64,000 nucleotides of DNA, from the NCBI GenBank assembly GCA_951406725.2, contig OX597814.1:152582001-152646000 (forward strand). The letters are read 5' to 3'. Below are positions 52,475 to 64,000 of the stretch, piece after piece. The notes beneath the pieces are model-generated. The model saw only the letters and a list, made by a program, of their open reading frames with translations. It made no database searches and was not told the DNA's origin. The number at the start of each line of letters is the position of its first letter. Position 1 is the stretch's first letter. Both the position numbers and the translations under genes were made by a program. This DNA is from Octopus vulgaris. Taxonomy: Eukaryota.

Positions 52475-54147
52475 CTGAAAAGAGAAAATCCAGATTAGAA
52501 ATCTGAAACAAGCAAACTAGAAAAATTACAAAATCTTCCATAGTCTTACTCTTTTACTTGTTTCAGTCATTTGACTGCGGCCATGCTGGAGCACCGCCTT
52601 TAATCGAGCAAATCGACCCCAGGACTTATTCTTTGTAAGCCCAGTACTTATTCTATCAGTCTCTTTTGCCGAACCACTAAGTGACAGGGATGTAAACACA
52701 CCAGCATCGGTTATCAAGCAATGCTAGAGGGACAAACACACAAACATATATACACACATACATATATATATACATATATACAACAGGCTTCTTTCAGTTT
52801 CCGTCTACCAAATCCACTCACAAGGTATTGGTCGGCCCGAGGCTATAGCAGAAGACACTTGCCCAAGATGCCACGCAGTGGGACTGAACCCAGAACCATG
52901 TGGTTGGTAGGCAAGCTACTTACCACACAGCCACTCCTGCGCCTTATTTAATATTCATAACAAACATCAAAAGGTGAAGACAGAAAAAAGGACGAACAGT
53001 GTTAATGAGGACAGAATAGTTAGTTGAGCAGTGAGAAGGAGAAACATGAATAATCATGAGACTAAAGAGATACATACATACATTGTGAAATGAATATCAG
53101 ATGTAAAAATGCATAGAGGACTGATCAATAGAGTATGTGTGAATAGTTTTCTCTGTAATTTTGTGACCCTTAATTGGCAATCTGTTACTAGTTGTTTGAG
53201 GTAAGCTTTAATAGTATTCTATAGAAAGCATTTCTTAATATTCTTTTTTACTTTAGGCACAAGGCCTGAAATTTTGGGGGAGGGGGCCAATTGATTAGAC
53301 TGGGCTGTACTTGCAACCAGTCACATGCTTGGACAAGAATTTGCCATCTAATATAGGGAAAAGTGAGTAAGACATTCACTGATGCTGAAAATGGCTACCA
53401 AGCTGAATAAAAATCTGGTATAAATAACTGAGGCAATATTTAATTAAAATAGTTATTTGTGTATCATACTTAATGTGTACACTCTGTCAGTAGGCTAGTT
53501 ACTACCTTTTTTTTTTCCTGAGATAACATCTCTTAAAGATTTGCTGTGTTAAAAACACAATAAATATCAGATGAAAATTTGTCTCAGCAGAACCAGTAAG
53601 AACACCAGATCTATTTCAGCCTCTTGGGAGGCTTTTTTTAACGGCATGTACTTGCAGCCAGCTACATATTTGGATGAGAATTCATTGCCACTGATATAAA
53701 TCTGCTCAGTCAGGACTAACCTGGGACTACACAATGACAACAATAATTTTGATGTTATATAACCTCCTTGTGGGTCAGACAACTGAAGAATCACAATCTG
53801 ACCTATATAAAAAGAGTGCAGGTGTGGTTCTCACTCTCTGTAATAATTCTCTATATTTACTTAGCAATTTGCTTGCTACCATATTACAAAGTTACTGTCA
53901 AGCTATACTTCACTGATGAAGCCAAAATAAGATCAAATTATATTTTGTGTTACATCTCTTATCTGCTGGAAATGTAAAAAAAAATATTAATAGTCCTCAA
54001 TTAATATTGTTTGATTTATTCACTGCATATTTCATGCTACTTTAGCCAGCATTAAATAACTCTACTTACAACTGTTTATTATGAGAATAGGAAGTGGTGA
54101 GGGGTGTCAGAATTAATTGATTTCTCATGATATTTATAAAATTGTTA

Positions 54148-54348
<201 letters not shown>

Positions 54349-57113
54349 TCAACAATCATAATGACATTTTGAGAGAAGCCCGTCCCGTTACTGTATCTTT
54401 TTAGGTTCAGTACTAACAGAAATATTTTTCTTAAAAAAGCGCTCTGCTGCAAAAAGGAGTGAGGCATGTATTTTATTCCTTATCTTTCCATTAAGAACTA
54501 CTAAACTGCCAAAATGTTTATTTATGTGAAAGATAGACAACATCATGGCTACACAAGAAGAGTTAATGCTAAGTTACGCAAGGTCTACACATACACACAC
54601 ATAATATATATACATATAAATATACATACATCCACATATTGTGTGTGTGTGTGTGTGTGTTTATAAATGAATGTGTTCACAATGTACAAAGTGCCTTTTG
54701 TTTCCAATCTTCTATGAAAACATGCTAAGTCATCATCATCATCATTTAGCATTTAGCATCTGCTTTCCATGCTGGCATGGGTTAGATGGTTTGCCTGAAA
54801 ACTGGTAAGCTGGAGAGCTGCACTAGGTTCCAATCCAATTTGGCATGGTTTCTGTGGCTGGATGCCCTTCCTAACACAAACCACTCCAAGAGGAATAATA
54901 CCTTGCTTGGAAATCGGTAAGGGATGGTGACAGGAAGAGCATCAAGCTGTTGAAAATCTGTCTCAGCAAATTCTAAGAGGATATCACAATGATAATGATA
55001 ATGATGATATAAACATATATCATCATCATCATCATCATCATCATTTAACATCCACCTTCTACACTGGCATGGGTGGGATGGTTTGACAGGTGCTGGCCAG
55101 GTATAAGCCCGTACCAGACTTCTGTGACTGTTTTGGCAGGATTTTTACAGCTGGATGCCCTTCCTAACACCAATCACCCAACAGAGTGCTTTTTACATGG
55201 CACAAGTACAGGCGACGTCAGTTTTGGCAATGTCTTTACTGCTGGATGCCCTTCCAAATCCCAAACACTTTACAGTGTGGATTGGATGCTTTTTAAGTAG
55301 CACCTGCATTGACAGAGTCACCAAGTAACCTGGTAGATAAAAATCTTTTGAGAGGGGAGGGAGAATTGGAGGAAGTAATCTTGTGTCAGGTGATGAAAAG
55401 TTATAGTGAGACAGAGAGACAGTAACAGGTGTCTTGCTGTAGAAGAGGTACAAAGTTACCCAGCAGGAGAGAGAGAGAGAGAGAGAGATCGGGAATGAAG
55501 ACAGAAACAGGTGTGCTGCCACAAAGGAGATGCATGCTTACCCAACCTGAGAGAAGTGAAGGAGAAGGAGAAAGAGAGAGAGAGAGGGAGCGTGAGATTC
55601 AGCAGGAGATGATGGCAAAGTGCTGGGCATATTCACAAGGGTCAGGTATCAGAATATAAATGGGATGGTCGAATAAAAGCAGAGAGATATAGATAATGGC
55701 AAGTGCCAGGGCATATCCTTGAGGTTCGAAGGTTATAAGTGGCAGGGTATTGCCAAAGAAGCCTGATTAGAGAGTGGAAGTAAGTGGTGAAAACCTGGTA
55801 GATGAAAACTTAAAGAAGCCTATTGTGCGCACGTGTGTGTGTGTTTGTGTCTGCATACACACATGTTCGCAATTGTGTATGTGTCTTTGTATCCCTGTCT
55901 GTCCCTCACCATTTGGTAATCAATGTTGGTGTGTTTATATCCCAGCAATTTAGCGATTCAAGAAAAGAAACTGATAGAATAAGAATCAGGCTTAAAAAAA
56001 ATAAATAAACACTGGGGTCAATTCATTTGACTAAAGTTCTTCAAGACAGTGCCCCAGCATGGCCACAGTCTAATGATTGAAACAAAGAAAAGATGTAAGT
56101 GCAGCATAGCCAAATGGTTAAAGGTTTGCTTTGTAACCACACATTCATGGCTTTGACCCTACTGTGTAGCAACTAAGGTAAATGTCATTTTCCACAGCCA
56201 CAGATTGACTCATGAGTTGTGAATGAAAATGTGTAAGTAGAAACTGCATTGAAGCCCATCAGGTTTCTGTATAGTTTCACTGTGTTGTGATGATTCTGCT
56301 TAAGAATTGTGTTAAGAGTACACATATCTACTCTCTCACTTTTTACTCTTTTTACTTGTTTCAGTCATGTGACTGTGGCCATGTTGGAGCACTGCCTTTA
56401 GTCGAGCAACTCGACCCCGGGACTTATTCTTTTGTAAGCCCAATACTTATTCTATCGATCTCTTTTGCCAAACCGCTAAGTTACGGGTACATAAACACAC
56501 CAGCATCGGTTGTCAAGCGATGTTGGGGGGAAAAACACTGACACACAAACATACACACACACACATATATATAAATACATATATACAACGGGCTTCTTTC
56601 AGTTTCCATCTACCAAATCCACTCACAAGGCTTTGGTCGGCCCAAGGCTATAGTAGAAGACACTTGCCCATGGTTCCATGCAGTGGGACTGAACCCGGAA
56701 CCATGTGGTTTGTAAGCAAGCTACTTACCACACAGCCACTCCTACGCCTATCTGGAGAATATTCATTCACTTGCATGTTAATTCAGGACTGAAATACTGA
56801 ATCCACATCATCAAACAATCAAAATCCATATTACAAACACACACACATGCACATGTACACACACACACACACACTCACACATCTGGAGCAAAGTATGGCT
56901 GAACTTGGGGCCTGGAGAGAGAACGCAAATCCTTAATTCAAACACTACAAATGATCACAATATGGTTACCCATATAAAAATCTGCAAGACCTTCATACAC
57001 AAACATACATCTAGAATGGGTTTCTGTCCAGTTACTGTTTATCAAAATCCACTTACAAGATATTAGTCAACTTAAGACTATAAAAGAAGACACTAAGATG
57101 CCACAAAATGAGA

Positions 57114-57340
57114 TTAACCCTTAAGCATTCAAACTGGCCATATCCGGCCAAAATATTTAACCTGTTTTATATTGAAACTGACCAGGTCTTGCCTCTCACC
57201 TCAGCCCTACCAAGTCATTCTAAAACTAAAAAATCACATCACTGCAATCTCTAAACTACAAGATAATGCATGATTAATTCAAAACAATATAAATAAACAA
57301 ACATCACATTTGACAGAATAATCTGAGCACTAAAGGGTTA
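57114..57340. mobile_element. piggyBac-like MITE (opposite orientation)
   Basis: ttaacccttaagcattc ... taaagggtta. Confidence 0.7.
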
Positions 57341-57350
57341 GACTTACCTA

Positions 57351-57635
<285 letters not shown>

Positions 57636-58029
57636 CTATATTTTTGAGAAAATTGTTTGAAATTTATGAAAGAAGAATAAATGATAGAAAAAAAACAAAC
57701 AAACAAATAAGAATATTTATTAGCATAAAAAGTAGTAAGAGAAACATCAATCATTCCCAACCTTTTTTCTAAAATGTGAGTAGCCATGTAGGTCCTCAAC
57801 AGAAAGAAACCTTTTCTGCTCTGGCCCCTTCTCTCATATTTTTACCAATTTGTTACTCCTCGTCTTTTAAGCATAAAGTTGCCTTCTCCACATTGCATGA
57901 CAACTAGTGCTGGTGGCAAGAGAAACACATCCAGTACATGCTGTAAAGTAGTTAGCATTAGGAAGGGTATCCAGCCATAGAAGCAATGTCAAAGCAGGCA
58001 CAAGATCAAAAGAAAGTAAACAACCATCA

Positions 58030-58149
<120 letters not shown>

Positions 58150-59923
58150 CTATAAAAGAACAAACACAGAAAGAATAGTTAATTTATAAAAATGCTTTAT
58201 AAAGAAGTTATCTCAATGATGATACTTGCTATTATAAATGATATTTGTAAAGTGTGCAGGATGATAGTAACAGTAGTGTAACAGAATAAATGCCTTATGG
58301 CATTATGGGTATGATTTGAGTTCAAATTCTGTTGGGATGACTGCCTTTCACGTCTCTGAGAATGATAGAATAATTACCACTTGCTCAAAGTAGTTACAGT
58401 AAGAAGTCAATTTATATATAGAAAATCTCGCCCACTCTACACCTGCAGAGAACCAAAATGAATGTAATCTGGTTTAACCTACCACATAACTTGGATGTTT
58501 CCATGAACATCACCAGGAAGTCCTAGATCTAGTAACACAATACATCCCACCAATGTACAAATACAATAAACTTTTCAAGGACCTCAATGTTAAAGTGCTT
58601 CCTGTCAACACCATTTTATTTCTGGTATCTTTTTCTGTTTTATTGAGTATATTTCTCTAGATTGTTTTCTTCCTTTGATTTTCAGACATAATAGTGGTTA
58701 ATACTTCAAGTTGTAAATTAGAAATTGGTGGTATTATCTATCAATGAAAGGCAGTCATTTGGCAGAATCATTAGCATATTGGACACAATGCTTAGCAGCA
58801 TTTCATCCATCTATACATTCTGGGTTCAAATTCCATTGAGGTCAACCTTGCCTTTCATCGTTTCGGGGTCAATGAAATAAGTATCAGTTGAACACTGGGG
58901 TGAATGTAAATGACCAGCCTCCACCCAATAAAACTTTAGACCTTATGTCTGTGGTAGAAATGATATTAGTCAATGATTTATTTATTGCAGTGTGGAAGAT
59001 GTTTATAAGCCATTTAAGAAACACACAAAAACCGTTAGATTCACTTCAACATTTAAATTTAATTTGTCAAAATATTTTCGGTGCTTTGAGACTGCGACCT
59101 GTTCACTGACAAAACTCTGTTTATTTATTAATAATCTACTAAGTGAAAGAGAATTTGGTCTTGAATTGAGATATTTTAGCATCATCTATAAATACCAGCA
59201 ATCCAAGAGATATTGGGATTTGTAGATCCCAATCAGGAGTAGAGTTATCATATTGCATCATCCTTTCATTAATGAATTAAAAATTATAAAAAACAACCCA
59301 TTAATTTAGTGATGTATTTTAAATGTAAGATCTCTGCATGCAGGTGGACTTGTGAAGAGAGACTAATTATTGCAATAACAGTAAATAACACTAATTTGTT
59401 TGACTTTACAAAACCTTTCAATGCAAAAGATGAAGCCATAGCTCTTTTTTTTTTTTTAACTAATGGGAGCTGAGCAGCTGAGATGTTGCAGAGACTAACT
59501 GGAGGACAAATTCAGTTCTGAGATAGGAAATCAATGACCAGAATATCTTGCAAACATATGAGAAGACCTGTATGTGTAATCAACTTCTTTGTATTCAACC
59601 TACTTTGGTAAGTAAAAGTGACATAGCAATAAGCAAAAATCAATAACAATAGACAATAAAAAACACATTCACAATGTACAGCAATGATCATTATGTCATA
59701 TCCATAAATTTCATCTAAATTTATGCAATAGTTATATTTTTATGACTTTTATACTGGATTAACTGTATTTCATTAAAATTTCTAAGTTTCTAACAGGATT
59801 GGTAGATTTATATAGAGAAAGCACAGCTGGACTTAAAAAGATAAATTGTACATATACATAAAAAATTAAAAATTGAAAATAAAAAATTTTAAATATTCAC
59901 AAAGCATCAAATAGTAAGAGTTA

Positions 59924-60172
<249 letters not shown>

Positions 60173-60634
60173 TTACATAATTAGATAGATATTCCTTATT
60201 AATCAACCCCAAAGGTCAGTCCAGTTTCTTTACAAATAGAATCAAACCCTGAGAAAAAATGATTGTGTGCCATAATCCTTTCATTACTGTATTTATTTTG
60301 AGATGCTCTGTGTTTCTTTCAATTAATTTTAAACATAACAAAGAATTTAGTAAAATAACTTTGTTATCATTAAGCTAGTGTTAGGAGAATAAATTGTGAC
60401 TTAAGTTTGGTAGAAGATTTTAATTCAAAACTTAAGGAAACAAGACATTTGCACTTCAGAGCTAGAGGTGGTTTCAGCTGGATTGGTATCGAAAGGGTTC
60501 ATGACAATATAATGATGCTGATAATGATGGCGATGGATAACAATGATGATGATGATGATAATATTTAAATTAGAGAAATTATAAGAAAGAAATTGAAGTA
60601 AAATCTAGGAGAATGTTCAAAGTAAGTTTCTTAC

Positions 60635-60832
60635 CTTTTCTTGAGGTTCAATCTTAAAGTCAAGATGTTTCAAAACTACATTTGTATTTTCTGAATACTT
60701 CAATGATAAATTTCGAGCTGAAATAACACCTCTTTGGGGCCAGTCATCAGGTGGTTTCTGAGAAGGCTCTGAGTCTAAGCTAGCTTCTGTTGGTAATTTA
60801 GAATATTCAATAACACGTTCAACAGCTACAAT
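60635..60832 (-). CDS. ABCC4: ABCC4-like exon (linker to NBD2)
   Basis: IVAVERVIEYSKLPTEASL...PPDDWPQRGVIS...VVLKHLDFKIEPQEK. Confidence 0.92.
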
Positions 60833-62470
60833 CTACAAAAATAAATAAGAAAATAATTTAGGTGAATATTTACACCTTATAAGGATACAGGCATAAAATT
60901 ACAATTTACAAATCTCAGGGGAAAGGATGTAGTTAGTTAAATCAGCTCCAGTACTTAACTGGTACTGATTTATTGTCTCTGGTAGGATGAAAGGTAAAGC
61001 TAACCATGGCAGGATTTTAACTCATAATACAGAAGGTCAGGTCAAGTGTATGAGCATGGACCATTGTAGCATGTAGCAGCATTCATCATTTGTCAGTATA
61101 TTCCCAGGCCCTTCCAGGCATCCTGTATCCTGTTGAGCAGAGCCCTAGTCAGTCACCATCTCTGCAAGATACCTCCTCATCTGCAATGACCATGTGGTTG
61201 GCCAACATAAGCCATCAACCCAACTAGATCCTCAGTGAAGAGAACATGGTAAACAGGGTCTAACTCAGAAAATCAAGCAAATCATACAAGTAACAAGATG
61301 CATAATAATATAGAACAACTAAACTAAAATACCACAAGGTATTCCTTGCTATTCTACTGGTTCTGCCAGTCAGTCCCTGCCGCAGAAGAATAATTCTTAA
61401 TACTTGAGACTGAATATGGTTGCATGCCAATGCAGTTAAAAAGTTTGGTTTACATTCACCGGTTCTGAGTTTTGATTCTATTATGAAGTAGCTTGTACAA
61501 GTAGTTTCAAACATAGCTATGATTTGACCCAACCCTTGTGTGGAAAACTGGTTTGGTAGAAACTGAGCCAATTTTCCACACTGTATCAGGATGGACTGTC
61601 ATATACAAACACATAAGTCTATCTGAAGATTATGTTAAGATACAAGCATCTGTGGAACACCCAGCCACATTATTCAATAAATAAATACGTCCAGTAATTT
61701 AACAACTGGAACACGGAAATTCCTTCCTTAGATTCCTTTCTGCTGTTCTAAATATCCATCATTAAGTGCAATAGGTCATATAATGAAAATAGCATATACA
61801 CTCTTTCAAACTCAAAATCTGCTTAAGCCCTTTATAGGATTACTCATTTTTGCCAGCTGAGTGGAATGGAGCAACATGAAATGTAGTGTTTTTTTAAAGG
61901 ACACAATGCATTGTCCGTCCAGGAATTGAAACCACATTCTTATGATGATGAACCCAACACGCTAACCACTATACCATGCTCATTCACTTCAAGACCTTCT
62001 GATGCAGACCAAATATTTTCTTTCTCAGGGCTTAGTCAAAGGAGCAAGGGCAATGCCCATGACCATTTGCAAGGCTTCCAAGATATGTGAGGAAAAGGGA
62101 GGAGTTAGCCTCAGATCCAGTTCAAATACAGTGGACAGCACTAAGAGTGTCTAAGGGCCAAGCAATAATGTTGAAGTGGTTAAGGGACAAGTACCAAGAT
62201 CATGTAGTGTGAGTCCACCCAAAAGGCTTGGGTTGGTTTTAGGTTATGAAAGAAGACATTTGCCCTTCAACATAATAGACCTCTTCAATAGACCATTCAC
62301 TTCTGTAGTTTTTAATGTCCCAGCATTAAATATGTGAACACTTCTTTTAACTATTCTTTATTTACACTTTGGCTTTTATATAGCATTTCAAAAAGTATGA
62401 ATGTTATGCATTTCTTTTAAAGGGCAAATACATAATTTTTTTACTTGAAAACTGATAAATATATACTTAC

Positions 62471-62571
62471 GTTGTTTTCAACCTCAACTGTCTGTCTTAT
62501 GAACCACTGGAACATACCAGTTAATACAAAAGAATAACTCACAGACAAACCAACAGTTCCAGCATCTAATC
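62471..62571 (-). CDS. ABCC4: ABCC4/MRP4-like exon (end of TMD2; gene starts beyond window end)
   Basis: [33 protein letters not shown]; AG/GT boundaries. Confidence 0.9.
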
Positions 62572-63371
62572 CTGGAAAATAGTTTTTAACAATACAGGTT
62601 AGTATTCCAATGAAATATTATATTAAAAAAGAAAATTCATAAAAACTTGTTGAATTAACAGAATATACTCTGTATATTCTATTATTATTCATATTAATTT
62701 TCTTATAGACGCAGGAGTGGCTGTGTGGTAAGTAGCTTGCTTACCAGCCACATGGTTCCGGGTTCAGTCCCACTGCGTGGCATCTTGGGCAAGTGTCTTC
62801 TACTATAGCCTCGGGTCGACCAAAGCCTTGTGAGTGGATTTGGTAGAATGAAACTGAAAGAAGCCCATTGTATGTGTGTGTGTGTGTATGTGTGTCTGTG
62901 TTAGTCCCCCCACCATCGCTTGTGTGTGTATGTGTGTGTTTGTGTGTCTGTGTTTGTCTCTCCACTATCGCCTAACAACCGATGCTTGTGTGTTTACGTC
63001 TCCGTAACTAAGCGGTTCAGCAAAAGAGACCGATAGAATAAGTACTTGGATTACAAAATGTAAGTCCTGGAACCGGTCTGTTCGACTAAAAAGCAGTGCT
63101 CCAGCATGGCTGCTGAAACAAATAAAAGAATAACTATATTGTATGTTGTTCAGTCACCAAACTATTTCTAATTGAGCAAACCTATAATTAATTATATTCA
63201 AGCCAAGAAAATTCAATTATTTGTTTTTCCAGACATTATATTATCCAGTACATCTTTTTTAAGATGGCAGGGTGAGGTTTGAGAGAGAAATATGTCTTCT
63301 ATTTCTAGCAAGTCAAGCAACACACAGTGATTCCTTTATTGACTGGCTCCTTTGTTTCACCTCTCACCATA

Positions 63372-63607
63372 TTCTATTTCTTTACTACCCACAAGGGGCT
63401 AAACACAGTGGGGACGAACAAGGACAGACAAACAGATTAAGTTGATTATATCGACCCCAGTGCGTAACTGGTACTTATTTAATTGACCCCAAAAGGATGA
63501 TAGGCAAAGTCGACCTCGGCAGAATTTGAACTCAGAACGTAGCGGTAGACGAAATACCGCTAAGCATTTCACCCGGCGTGCTACTGTTTCTGCCAGCTCG
63601 CCGCCAT
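63372..63607 (-). mobile_element. Full-length Nin-type SINE
   Basis: Same family as 31828-32017 and 21850-22015, with intact head. Confidence 0.8.
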
Positions 63608-64000
63608 TCTCACCACATTCATCATCATCATTATCATCATTTAATATCCCCCTCCAAGCTGGCATGGGTTGGATGGATTAACAAGATCCAATGAATCAAA
63701 GAACTGCTTCACATTCCAGAGTCTGTTTTGGCATAGTTTCTATAGCTGTATGTCCTTTCTAACATCAACCACTTTATAATGCACTCAGAATTCTTTACAG
63801 AGTGTACGAGGAGCCTTTTACATGGTATTGGCACCAGTAAAGTCACCAAGTAACTTGCAAGACACAAAAAAAAGCCCATCATCTGAATGGGAGTGAACTA
63901 AAGAGGGAAATAGCTTTATGTCAGGTGTTGAGAGGGTAAATAAATTATAAAAGAGGAACAGGAAAGGTGTCTTGCTATAGTGGAGATACATAGCTATTGC

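Overview
Repeat-rich, AT-rich animal genomic DNA. The SINE/RTE families and microsatellite load suggest an octopus or other coleoid cephalopod (inference). Two intron-rich genes lie head-to-tail on the minus strand. (1) The 5' part of DEPDC5 (GATOR1 subunit): 15 coding exons from ATG 39374 down to 648, all GT-AG with consistent phases, a ~20 kb first coding intron, an ETS/YY1 promoter near 39.9 kb, and the gene continuing past the window start. (2) The last 7 coding exons of an ABCC4/MRP4-like transporter (62571 down to stop at 52238). Introns and the intergenic region hold decayed mobile DNA: mariner elements, hAT and piggyBac-like MITEs, a Helitron, RTE LINEs, a HERO-like RLE non-LTR element, a Gypsy gag-protease relic and three SINE-like families. 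Most supplied ORFs are spurious. The most notable unexplained structures are several Penelope-type, hammerhead-ribozyme-like motifs and fold-back palindromes in DEPDC5 introns, and a perfect in-frame cryptic 5' splice site inside DEPDC5 exon 7. I found no clearly novel intact protein-coding system. All family assignments are from recalled motifs, not database searches.
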